From Lingula anatina (lineage: Eukaryota > Animalia > Brachiopoda), in assembly GCA_051362555.1 (NCBI GenBank), contig CM120640.1, positions 21,638,001-21,702,000 on the forward strand: a stretch of 64,000 nt of DNA, written 5' to 3'. The notes under the pieces are model-generated. The model was given only the letters and a program-made list of their open reading frames with translations. It did no database searches and was not told where the DNA came from. The position numbers and the translations under genes are program-made. The first letter of the stretch is position 1. Each line of letters opens with the position of its first letter. This document shows positions 1 to 13,600 of this stretch, piece by piece.

Positions 1-3000
1 CCAATCACAATGATAAAAGAACCAGGCCAGCTGGAAAATTTAATGGTGTGTATTTAGAAGAGGTACAAGGGGGTAAAAATCTGAAAGCGAGAGCAATACC
101 TAACTGTTATGTCATAGCTTTGGGGTTTAGATAAGATCAGAAATGTTGAAAACATCTGATAAAAATCAACTTAATTTAGAGAGATGGGAGTGTAAATGTC
201 ATTGCTTGTGTTCAGTCGGTGGAATTTAGGCCCCTGTTATTTAGCCTTCCAAGGTGCAGAAGTCTTGATACCCTACTATGGCTGGGTTGAATACTGAGCT
301 TCTGTTCCACTGCTTCCACCAGGAGGTCCCAAGACATGGGTCATTGAGTCTGTATTGACCTGTGTTTTTAAGAGGGGAAGGGGGTGCACTTCATAAAATG
401 GACTTTATGCTGCATCTAGATCTTAAATGAAGAGGATATGGTGTTGTCCCACATGTTTGGGCATTTAATTGTATTAGAACATTTGTAGTTAAGGAGGAGG
501 TGTATAATTGCCTTTACTGAAACAAATAATAAAAAATGATATTTAACTTGATTTTGTCATATTCTGTAGTTTTTATGAAATAATTTAAATTATCTTCGAC
601 CTGATCTGATATTTCCAAGATGACTATGCAATGACTATTCATATATATTAAAATAGCATTAACAGGAAAACAGAACCCATTACTTATGTATGACAAGTCA
701 GCAGACTGCAACAGTATATACAGGTTATTATGATCATAAATTCTGTCAGAACCGTTTGAAGTTGGAGATGGACAATTAATCTTTTATGATTATCAAAGAC
801 GTGCCATCTGAGAGTTGTGACATAGTCTCCATACTAATTGTTGTAGGTGACAGGAATTTCACTGGGCATTTCACCAGAACATAGCAACTGTCAGTCTGGA
901 CAGTAGTAATGTTTAAATTAAAAAAAATAATAATAAAGCAGAATATCCATATATATAAATGGGTAACATTGTACTACTGCTTTACCTTGGGTCAAAGTAA
1001 AGTGAAAATCTTAGGGTATAAATAAGTTTCTGCTTTTTAAAGGTTCTGATATGAGAATCTGGCAAACTGTCATCTTCAAACAGACATTGGGTGCAGAAGT
1101 TATTCCTCCATTATCTTTACACTTCATCACCCCTTATCTTTTCTTGGTGTGGTTCTTTTTATTGTACATTTGATAAATCTATGTGCAAACATTTTTTGTT
1201 TGCTTCTGCACTTAGAATTCAATAAAATACAATGAAGAATGCTATTGTTGTACACCGTCCTTCAGTGCAGTGTTTGTTTGAGGTCATGCTAGGGATGAAA
1301 AAAACTTTCTGGACGTTTGCATCTTTTGGAAATTGGGATTACTTAGTGCAAAAGTGAACACTTCAAAGCTTGTGAAAATCTTGAGTATCCTGTAATGTGT
1401 ATGTATTTGTGTGTCATTTCTAAACATGCCACTTTTTTTAAACAAAGACATCAAAAACTCTTATTGGACACAGAAAACACATTTATTAATACTCATAACT
1501 CATTTTTGAAGTATAGTCTCACCAGTAGTTTGAGGCGTTTACTAGTGTTTTCTCTTTTTCCTGTCTCCTGAGGTAGATCAAGTAGTCAAAACCATTGTTC
1601 TGTGAATGATGTTTTTTTAAATGGCTAAATTTATTTTTTAAACCTGGCACCTGTTAGCAGATGTTCTCATAGATAGGGCTGGTTAACCTTGGTATATGAG
1701 GGTGGTTTGTTGGTGGACACTGATGAGGGGTGAGGACATGGTCATTTCTGTCAGTGTACATTTTCCCTGGGGTCATTTTAGGGTCTAGGGTGTCAGAACC
1801 ATTAATAATGGTGCTCGCCATTAAATCTAGTTCAAGCATTCAGGATGTCCAGATAACTGTCAACTAAGAAATCTACAAACATGATATGCATTGATTTTAA
1901 TGAGAGGAAGGAACAATTTAGTATCAATAATATAATCTTGAATACTTAAAATAACTGTTGAAATGTGAAGAATGACTTGTCTTGAAATGGTCTTTCCTTT
2001 ACAAAGACTGGTGACATACCTGACTGCACACACCACTTCAGCTTACTTTTAACACAAATTTGATAGGAGGTATGGCGGTAACTATTGCCTACATTCTGTC
2101 TGATGTTAATGGAGTGGGGGGGGGGGGGGTATGTAATGGTAGATATCAAACATAAATGGCTTGATCCACTAGCTTTTGACAAAGATTTCTTGACCATTTG
2201 ATACTGATCATTAAAAAGAATATAAAGGTATCTGGGATAGGGGATGAAGGGAGATTTAAAAAGGCACTTTTATTTTATGAAGCGTGACCATCTACTTGAC
2301 ATTGATGGATAATTCCTCAATGATCACGAAGTGAACCCATCAATTACATAGCTTATTTTGAGAGGTTCTTTGGCAAGTTTACAGGTACAGGAGAGGGTCT
2401 TTCCTGTGATGACATAATATTTATCATTCAGTTATGTATTAATGTTTTTACTGTTAAAAGCATTACTTTCAAAAGCTTGTTAAAAGTGCATTAACTCTGG
2501 TATGTTTGTTTATGGCAGTATGTCTATACCAATAGTAATGCTTTGATGAACCCCATGTCAAAACTTTTAGAGTTTGGGCACCAGTGGTGTGGAAGTTCAT
2601 CTAAAAGTTTATCCCCGTGCATGAAAAACAGAATTGAATTCAAAAGAAATTTGTGTCAAGGAGATGTTAGGTGAAGAAATAACTTAGTGACTATTCTTTG
2701 AAACCAATAACATTGCAACAGATTAACACCTTGAAACAACCTAGTTGTAGAAGAATTTTAAAAAAAATCTTTACAAAGTTACAGATATGATGTGAACTCA
2801 CCTTGTGAGATCCCCAGCATAGTTGAAGGTAGATAAGGAGCTTTGCACAAGTGGTGACTTTTGGGTTGGCTTCCTTGTGGTTATCTCTGCCAGCTGGAAA
2901 TGTGAGAAAAGCAAGAATAGATCAAAGTTACCCATCCTTACAGAAGTGTACCCTAAAGCCGATAGAAGTTGCTCCTGTGTTTTCCACCTCAATCAAGCCA

Positions 3001-3334
3001 ATTACAACACCTGTAATGGCAGGTAGAGGGCAAGGTGCTTTATTTTAGGGCAAGGTTTTTTTCTTGGAAGGCAGAGCAGAAGTAGACAGTTACCTTGAGA
3101 GTTGCAACTGTCAGCTTCAGCTTCCCATGTGAAGTCACTGAAACTGGGAATCATGTCAGCCTAAAAGTCATGATGATGTAGAGATTTGTTAACTCGATTT
3201 CACATTGAAAATGTTTGAAGGGCTCAAAATCAGAAGGGTAATTTTGATACATTTTTCGAGATTGGAATGTATCTTTTGTGTTTCAATTGTTTGTGAGTGG
3301 TAGTGTTGTAAAAACCGTGATTTGTTTCTTTCAG

Positions 3335-3501
3335 ATATCTGATGTGATAGTGCCTGGCCAAGCTTCAGAATTGAATGCTAAAGATGCCCTCTTGTTGTGG
3401 AGCAGACGGACGTGTGAGGGATACCCTGGAGTCAATGTTCGAGACTTCTCTTCCAGTTGGCGAGATGGAAAGGCTTTTCTTGCCGTGATTCACAGAAACA
3501 G
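3335..3501 (+). CDS. MACF1: Exon, CH2 domain
   Basis: ttcag|ATATCT...AACAG|gtaatc; ISDVIVPG...IHRNR. Confidence 0.93.
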
Positions 3502-6500
3502 GTAATCTAAGCACAAATATATTTTTGACACTATTTGATACATAAGATGAAAATTATTATGTGGTAGTTATTACTAGAAATATATCATGAAGATGTGAAA
3601 AAAATGTGACTGTTTTGTCTGATGATTTTGATCTGTGATTCCTAGAAAGAAAAAATTGAGCGTAGGTGTTGGTATTCCAGGCTATAAGACAGCACCAGGT
3701 GCAGAGTTTAATGATGGCAAGGTGAACTGTTTACCTGTACACAATTACCGTGTGTTTATACTCCTTGCCAGGAATACGTTTCCAACCAACCCATAAAGTG
3801 CAGTGTTATGGGAAGTGGTTTAATGTGAATCATAGTTTTGATTTTCAAATCCATCGCAGAAGAAATATATACCATTTTCAGACATAAGTTCACTATCTCT
3901 GTTCAACTGTTTTTATTCATTTCAGACCTGACTTAGTCAATTATAGAGCCATACGTAACAATACTCCTGAAAAGAATTTGGAACTAGCATTTAACATTGC
4001 AGAAAAAGAACTAGGAGTCACTAGGCTGCTTGATCCAGAAGGTAAAACAATATGGTTGTGATTTGGAACAGTTGGAAAACAGTTGCCTACTTGAAATGGC
4101 GTAATGGCAGTTATGCAGTTCACATTTACGTGGCAATTGGATATATAAACAAAACTTCATTTTCACCTGTGTTAAAAATAATTTCTAATTAAGAAGCATA
4201 TTTCATGGGATGACAGATATCCTCCTTATCTTTCAGACATAGCTGTTCCCCAGCCAGATGAGAAGTCTGTACTGACCTATGTCTCCTCCTTGTACAATGT
4301 CTTCCCAGAGGTCCCCAGCTTAGAACAGTCCCTGCAAGATAATGTAAGTACTCCTATGGCATACTGTACCTTCATTTTATCTCAACATGCATCCTCTGTT
4401 CTGGGTTTGAAAAGAACGTGTTATCTTTGAAAAGCAAGGCTGGGGATATTTTGACAACAAAGGGAAAAACACAAATTACAACATCAAGAATATGTCCAAT
4501 GAAATAAGTAAACATTTATGATTTGCTGCATTGAAGGTAGAAGTGACTTTTTTCTGCTAGAATAATACACAAAATGAAATTTTAATCATAGGCCAGAAAA
4601 GTGGTTGTTGAGCATGCTAGTACGAATCCATAGAAAGTGAGCTTAGTTGGGCTTAGGTTATTTAGGCAAAAAGGGAACACAGCTTTGAAGCAGATATATC
4701 CATTACTTCATAAATGAAGTGAAAACATTGTTTTATTAGCTGCTGTGTAACCACCCATTGACCTCCCCTCACCCAGTTGTCATAGCAACAGTTTATCATA
4801 ACAGTTTTTCTACTGAATCACCAGTAGACTGTTGCGTTCAGCCCATCTAGTTACACGGCTTCTTATCATGTATTCTGTGAGGGGAAAAGACTCCAGAGAA
4901 ACCAGTTATGTTAAAAAGCTTGGAGCTCTGCCCTGGCATATGGAATAACTTTGCCTTGCCGCCGTTATGTTTTTGTGACCCAGTGAAGACCCTATCCAGT
5001 TAAGGCATTGGCATAGAAATTAGGTTTCCAGTATGAATCACAGACATTAATTTTCTGGATTGGAGCTATTGTGGTTTTGGGGTGTTTGTTGATAATAAAG
5101 AGTGAGCAATAAAGTAGTTATAGTGGGAATGTAATTGGTTTTCCAATTATAGCCTGCTTAATAATAAGGAAACAACAGCAAATGTTCTTGTGGCTGCTCT
5201 TTTAAAAGTATGCCATACTTAAAACTTTTGTCGCTCAGTAAGTATGCTAGCACTAAACAAGTTAGGTCATGAAATTATTTTTAAAATATGCAGCATAAAA
5301 TACTTCAGGTTAGAAAAGACATTGTTAAGGCATAATTCTGCACGCTGATGAAAACTGTGGTCAACCATATCAGCTTTTAAACAGTAGCATTATATATTCA
5401 GCACATATAAGTAAACTATTACTATGATTGATAGCGATTGGATTGTAGATAAAAGTGTGCAACGCTACACATGTGGTTTTTGTTAAGAGCTGAATAAAGC
5501 AAGGTATGAGATAAACTTGAGTGATAAAGTCACCTAATTTTTTTTAGATCAGCGATAAGTTGGCTTCCATTAAGAGATGTTGGGATACCAGTTTGTTTCT
5601 TAAGTTAAAGGTTTAAATTTTTGCTCAGTGCATATAAACAAAAAAGATTATCCACATCAGAACATTGTCTTTTATATAGGAATGTTCACACCAGGATCAC
5701 AGACATTGATAACACCTGCATCCATACAAAGCTGAAAAAAAAAGAAAAAAAACTTCAGCCTATCAGATTCCATGGTGAAGGTCACGCACCTGTGCCGCCA
5801 ACAGTTTGGCATGATGATCTGATCTTCACATCTCCACAATCTCATAATTGTCCATTACAAGTAACTGTACATGTAATTTATGAAAATATAGATTGATTTT
5901 TGATAACAGCCTGCTGCAGGTGTGGGTTCTGTGCCCCCTGGTAGGTATCGGGTACCCATGTTATTGTCGGACTCCTGAGATTAGCAAATGAGTGGTTTTA
6001 AACATCCACTGGCCCATGTTTGCACTGTGGTCCATTATGGAATTGCAAAAATATAAGTTAATCTGCCCCCTAAAGAGTTTACAGGTACGGAATTTAGGAA
6101 AATATATATTAATCTCCCTCCTGATGGGATTACAAGAGACAAACTTATTTTTACATGCAGTATATTATATGCCAAGTCCCTTGTTTATAAAAGGCATTAG
6201 AGAGCAGGAAATAAGATATGAAATAACATGTATTAGGTGTGTGGAATTTTGTGTAATGTTCCACAGTAGCTGAGCTCAGGAATGCAGGCAATGTATGATA
6301 TATTGACGGATGTATACCTGAAGGTCTCACCTGCATGGATGAGTAGTATTTCATGCTAATTATCACCAGCCTGTACTCTCAGGGTACCTAGACTGCATGA
6401 AATATCAGGTTGCTAAAAATACACAGGTTTAAGTTTCAAACCAGTTTTTATGCACTGGGCTTTTTATGAAACTTAAGACTTTTCTGAAGTAAAGATGTTT

Positions 6501-7600
6501 TGTGTGTTGTTCAGTTTCACTGACTGCAACTGCAACCTGTGCATATTTTACATAACATTTTACACCCATTAAACACTAGAGAAAAACTTCACAGACTTGT
6601 CAAAAAGCTATGTGTATTACATTTTCACACGTTATGCTCCTTTTAAGTCACTTTGTATTATACTTTGACTGCATAGTAGAGTACCATCACCATAGTTTTA
6701 GTGTAAGTACTGTGTGGTATGAAAGTTTCTATGGCCTCTTGAGTAAAAGAGCCTTCTAAGTGCTGAAGTACACATCCCCTTTGATTTGAAAAGAAGTGAG
6801 GCATTTTGAAAAGATGACTTTGTTAAGGAATAGAAAAATTAATGGGGTTGAGGAGAATATGTTTCTATCTGAACTCTCTGAGCTCTCTCGTTTCCTGCTA
6901 TTTCCCCCCTTCAATTTTAAATAATTTTATTTTGCCGATCTTTTTAAAGAGAAGTCTTTTGGTGAAGACATTTGATCTTGTGGGCCAGTAATCTTTTACC
7001 ATCTGACTTGCTTCACCCCTTTACAGAATTATCAAAGGGGAAATCCTTATTAGAAATAAAGTATGTTGGTTTAACATTACACCTCAGTAGAAAGAATTCC
7101 ATAGATAAGATGAATACCTGTGAACTATTGTGTGTAGACTTTTATGTTATGTTGCATCAATGGTCTCAATCACATTTTTGGTATCATCATATATTTTGTA
7201 GTCTATAATTTAGGAAAGCCTTCTGTTCTCATTGTCAAAAGGTCATTTTCAAAAACTATTAAATCTGCGGTCTGCAGGTGCATTTTTTTTCTCATTGTCT
7301 TTTCACCTTGATCTTTTCTTACCTGTCTTACCTGGTGCCCTGCTGTTACACCTTAAAGCTGTGATAAGACAAAAGGAATGTAGGTGGGAACATCCCTACC
7401 TTATTGAAGTCATCTGTCTCTTGTCAACTAGACGAGCAATTATGCAAAACCTGTACCAAGACGATAACACTAATGCTTATGGATACTGCAGTGTCCTTGT
7501 TGCATGAAGACTGACAGGAAACACATTGGAATGAATATTATTGCAATGAATTTCAAGTTGCCTCTGTGACACTCAAATAGATGCATGCATGTATGCAAAC

Positions 7601-7634
<34 letters not shown>

Positions 7635-10600
7635 CAAAATCTTTATCCCCAACTTTCTGCAAAGGATTTAGCCATTGTTGTATTATGTGAAAGTGAAATG
7701 TGACCCATCTTTAGATATTAATGCTTCTATTTGTATAGCATAATAGGTGGTATCAGTTTACAGTGGTTTAATCAGAGATAACATAACAGAAAGAATGGAA
7801 CAATAATATGTCAGTTCAGGAATATCATCATTTAGAAGAGTTAGGAAAACATGGACATTATCCCCACTGTGTCTAGCACCTCTTTGTGAAATAGCAGTGT
7901 TTTTCTGCACATAGGGAAGTAAGAAAGTGAGCTCTGTATTCGGCAATACTACTCCTCCCTCAGATAGATTATATTACATTTACTGCAAGTGCAGTATTGT
8001 ACATCCAACCATACCTGTTACATAGAAAGTATTATGTGTATAATTTTTAAAAAGAGTTCAACTTACAAATATGATATATTTTTGAAACAAATGCTACAGT
8101 CATAAGTTTTTTTCAAAAGATATTTCACTTATACATATATTATGTCTAAAGCTGGTTGCTAAACATCTGAGAACCTCAATGATGTAAAGAACTTTATCAG
8201 ATACATATAATTCTCCCGTATATCTTTTTAAGTCTTATTCTCCCTTAGTATCTGGCACAGTTACCCATTGTTATAACTTTTTTTTAGGAACGCCAAATCC
8301 GCTGGGAGGAGTACAGAGGTCTGGCATCAGCGCTGGTGACGTGGCTGAAGGACAACACTTCCCTAATGCTGGACAGGACCTTCCCTGTGACTGTAGTAGA
8401 AATGAAGTCTATGCTATCAGAATTCAACCGATATAGAATTGAAGATGTGCCACCCAGGCTGGCTGAGAAACAGAAATTGGAACAATTGTTTTATGAATTA
8501 CAGGTAGGTATATCATGTCTGCAAAGCAGCAAGGAAATGGGTCTATTATGAAAAGAAAAAGAAGAAAGAATACCATAGGGTAACAATTTGTTGACAAATT
8601 GGAACATCGCTTTTGTGAAATATTTTGAAAGAGTTTAAATTGAGATCTTCCAACAAGATCATCCTACACTGTTACCTTTGAAAATTGTTATTTTCTCCAC
8701 TTGCATCATCAATAAACCACTGCACTTTTCTCTTTAAGAATCTGTCAGTCGGCAGTAGTCAGTTTACCATAGATGAGGAGCTGCACATCGACAATATCAA
8801 CAGACTTCTGGACAGATTCACCATTGCTCAACAAGAAAAAGACATGGCCATTCAAGCTGAAACTACTAGGTATGTGTAAGCGGGACAACTATAAGGGATT
8901 GAGTGAGCAAGATGAAAAGAGAAGAGTGAGTAGAGAGAGTCATAGCAGAAGAATACAAGTTCTTAAAATTGATATTTTATACCAAGAATAAAGAACACCA
9001 CTAAGAATGATTTAATGATAAGTTTTAATTACTTTTGTCATTGCCATTTTCCTGAAATTTCAGACTAGAGAGGCTTCAGCGTCTTGCAGAAAAAGTTCAC
9101 AAAGATTCAAAGATCTGTGATGAAAACTTAGATGACATTGAAAGGAAGATGAAGGAGGTAAGTATAATTGGCGGCTGGGAATATTTATATTAAGAAAGTA
9201 CTTCGTGTTGAATATTTTAAACATTGTTAAGACAAATGATTTTGAATGCAAATGTGTGGTTTTGTACCTTATTACAGCACAAATTTTTGAGAAACTATTG
9301 ATTCAAATGTAATTACAATGATATAAATCAAAAGACTCAAGCTTATCAGCTATCTGTAGTTGAAGCCAGTAGTTGTTTTTTGAAATGTAGAGGCCAACAC
9401 TTAGTTAAAAAAATAGCTGGACACCCCTATTTATCTTGCAACTAAGTCAGACCAATGCAGAATTAAAGATTGGAAAATGTTGTTGCCTGTTTGAAATTAT
9501 TCTTAGTGATTGCAAGAACCTGTTGACATAATTCATGATTAAGCATTAACCAACAGTTTGTAAGCTTTTCCAGCATTGTGTGGCCAAGCCTTTTTTGTTG
9601 ATGGGTGTCATTTCATGATGGCACAGACCGGTTTAATTAATGTTTATTCTATGCAGTATCTACAAATAGCCTGGGTGGTGAAATAGTGTGGAAATAGGAG
9701 ATACGTTGTGACGACATTCCATCATGTACGCTCTGATGCATTTTACGTTTTACTCCAAGCAGTTGTAGGATGATAGATGTTTATTGACATAATTTTAGCT
9801 GCCCTTGGCTTTTTTTGCAGTCTTTAGATATTTTTGAATTACTATGTCTGACAGGTATGGGGGGTCATTTGGTAAGTGAACTTATTGGGGCAGGTACTTT
9901 TGTCAAAATATACTGCTATTAGTTTTTTGCAACATTGATGAATTGTCTCCTTTTATAAAAATAATTGACTGTTATGAAGAAAAATGTCTAAGCTCTCAGG
10001 TAATTTGGCTTTGTAGTAGTGAAATCACCAGCGTAATTTGTCTAACTGTCGTGTTGTTGTGAATGCCTGTAAGGTAGTGACCTCCTCTGTGTGACTTCCA
10101 TTGGTAATGATAGATTAGGCCAGGAAAAGGAGGGGTCTGCAATGAGGTGAGAAATTGTAGACCAGTTCTGCTGCCATACTACTGCTTCAGCAGGAAGGGC
10201 TGGATTCACTTTCTGGCCAGTAGATTTGGTGCGATTGTTTTGTTGAGGAAAAGTGTAAAAATGATATCATTGACTTGAGGAATGTTTTCAGAGAGCTGAG
10301 AGCAAATTCTGGTATGTATGTGTTTTAATTGCCAGCTTTAATGTTCTGTTTTGATTTAGTGAAGCATTTGTATGGTAATGATTTATGTTAGCATATGTAG
10401 GTAGAATGGTACCAGAAGGTTATTTCATTACCCTTGGTGCTATCTTTCCATATACTAGGATATGGTCAGGTAATATACCAGAGGTCAAAGTGAAACCCTG
10501 TTTCTTGCCACGGTTAGGAATTTTGCAGGGATTTTCAATGATTTTCTGCATCTGCATTTTTAGGAACAGCACAGAGTAGAAGTTATCCATCCTCTGGAAG

Positions 10601-13600
10601 CTAAGAAAGGTTGTGATGCCATAGACCACGCCCTGAAGCTGACTGAAGGCAGCATACAGACATTGTTTGAAGATGTACAAGCTTTAAAAGACGGGAGATA
10701 CCACCTGGCAGAACAGTTGTACAAAAGGTAAGAAATACTGTATTGGTATCCTACTTTAGAAAGTTTGAGTTAACTTGCCTTCTGCATTACATTTTCATGG
10801 ATATTGCATCTTGTTAAGATATATAATTACATGCCAAGAGTGTCTCATGGATAGCAAACAAAACTCAAATAATAAAAACTTCCAAATGACTTTGCTCTTT
10901 TTGTATTTGGACTGGAGTATATACAGTATATTAGAACTCTTCTCTGTGCTATATAGGTCACTTCTTACCCAGGTGAACGAGTAGGTAGTATATGAAAAAT
11001 GGGCATTTTTCTTAGTTAATGACTTTATCAGACATTTGTTAATGTTTCTGTGGTATGGTCTTTAACAATAACTTAGTGGTACCAAAATGTCTGGTATGTT
11101 TCACCATTCATTTCGGGGTTTAGGGTAACACCTTTCACAGTATTTGTTTGTAGAATTGAAGTCAAGTGTATATGCTTTCAAACAAAAAAAATAAAGTCTG
11201 TTTCTGAGTACAAAAACTTTTATGCTGCACCTCTGTACCATAGAACTGAATTTTTTTCCGTAGGATTTACCAGGTGCAGGAGCGCTGGTTGGCTCTCCGT
11301 ACTTGCCTGGAAGAGGAAATCATGAGCAAGCTGGCTTCCAGGTCGTTTGTGACTGAGGGGATCAGTATCCAGAAGAGGACAGAGGTCCAGTTGGAGTCCA
11401 GGCTGGTGGAGACCAATGAAGCTTTCAAGATGGTGCAGGACTGCCTGGAGTGGATTGCTGAGCAGCAGGTAGGGAAAAAAAAGGCAAAAGCAATCAATTT
11501 AACAACTGTAATGGAATGTCTAGAGGATTTTGTGTATTGCACTTTCTTGATACATCCTTATTAAGAATGTTGTCCCAGATGTCATATGATACTGTCGTGA
11601 TGGTGTACCATACAGGTTTTCTTGTTACTTTTACTATCTGAACATACATTAACTCTTTCTGCTACTTAAGTATGGATATTCAGCAAAGTGGTTAATTTAA
11701 TGGACAGGATTATGCTGTAAAAGTAAGGGAGGCAACTCTTTTATGCTTAATCCTGCATTTCTTGTGTTCATAATGATAGTCAACACAGTACATTTGCTGT
11801 TTTTTTTTGTATTTGTAGAAAATGTTAGAGGACCAGGATTATGGAGAGGACCTTCCCACTGTTCAAGCTTATCTACAGAAACATAGACAAGATAGCCAGA
11901 AAATAGAGGAGTTCAAACAGCATGTGGAAAAGTGTATCACTGCCAAGGTAACGTTGAAATCTGAAGTTTTTTTTTGTAAATTAAGTATATAGTCATATAT
12001 ATTTTTGGCCCTTAAGGAAATAAGACAAAAATATATTTTTTAATTTATAATTTTAGATTAAAGAAATGCTGTTTTATTATAATATATGTCAGCATATGTC
12101 AATAATGTATGTCAATTTTTATGTGATAAATTTGTTAAGGTAATACTGAACAGATAAATGATCAGGGATATTTCCTCTCTGTTTAGTCCACACTGCCAGC
12201 TGATGAACAAAAGCTATATTCTCAGTGGATGTCCAAGGTGGAGGTGGCATATTCACTGCTACATGTAAGTTGGCATGATTCTGCAAATACACAAATATCT
12301 TATTTACATATTATTTCTGTTCATCAAAAATAACTTTAAAAATTCAGAGGTAAATCTAGATTTTTTGTTTTGTTTTGTTGGTTTATTTTATAAAAAAAGT
12401 ATTATTTCTTTCAATCCTATTAAGAAAGGCTTACTTGTGTATTTTTCTAGAATACATACACACGGAGAACCAAAGCACTGGAGTCACTGCTGGACTTTAT
12501 CCAAGCTGCCTCAGTGGAGCTAAAATGGCTGAATGATAAAGAAGACACAGAGGTTGCCAGGGATTGGAGTTCCCAGACTCTCCAGGCAGAGGAGATTGAA
12601 AAGTACTACCAGGTAGGCAGATTACTGGATCCTGTGGAAATTTGTATCAGACTGATTCAGAGAATTCAAACAATTTGTTGTTAGAGTATAGATTCATTTA
12701 CTTTGTATAAGGGTACAAAATAAAATCCACCTGGATGTGGGCATGATTCTGAAAAATAAAAGCGTACATCTGGAAGTTGTGACCCTAGTTGACAGTGATC
12801 AAAACTAGTTTGCTGGGTAAGCTTGGCATCTGTCAGCAGCCACAATGACTGATGTCGCTGTAAGTTGCTAAACCAGATGTGAGAGCAGCAAACACCCAGT
12901 TGTCATGAAATATAGCATCCTTTGGAACAGTAGCTGTAATTGTGCTTTTGTGTAAATCAGTTTAATCTTCAGTGTGAAGCATATTTTATATTGATTTCTG
13001 GCTGATTAATGTGAAAGCCATTATGGTAGATTCTGCTGAATGTGTAAAATGCCAGTGTTGCATTTTTCTTTTATGAATATTTATTGCTAAATTTATTGTT
13101 TCTTGATTTTGAATAGTAGATAGAATAAATACTTCACTTGAAAAATGACAAAAATAACACCTTTTAAATTTGTCAGTTGTAAATGATCTGATAAACAGAT
13201 ACAAAATCAATCCTCTTGTGAATTGGCCATTCAACCGAATTTTATAGGAAAATGTTTAAAGGGCAGATTTCAGTTAAATTAGATTCAATCTTGCAATGAA
13301 AATTTTTAATTGTTTTTTTTTTCTTTTTTGCTAATTATTTTGCAGAAAATATATCCGGAAGCTAAGGTTTGCATTGCCTTGTCATTTGTTGATGCATGTT
13401 GCAATGTTACCATGTTATTTGCCACAATGTTGTTGTCACTTATTGTGCCATTTTCAGTTGTATATTTTCATGTTGTGTGAAAAGAAAAACAAAAAATAAC
13501 CCATTTTGCCACAGTATGTTTGAGTAAACCGTTTTTAGTTTCTTTGATGTTTTCCATCTTTACAAGATACGAATGTTGTAAAGCATGAAGCCAAGCTTGT

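Noticed and set aside
1-3334. Alternative first exons or CH1 exons in the first 3.3 kb (ORFs 2823-3026, 2851-3048; donors near 2384 and 3022)
   Set aside because: No CH1 motifs, and no open phase-0 frame that joins the 3335 acceptor; treated as intron.
4344-8287. Alternative promoter/first exon (BPAG1e-like) in the long post-CH2 intron
   Set aside because: Plausible by family precedent, but I found no ATG-to-donor frame compatible with the 8288 acceptor.
10224-10311. Exon-like stretch ([17 protein letters not shown]) with gtatgt donor
   Set aside because: 88 nt, would shift frame between two phase-0 exons; weak acceptor.
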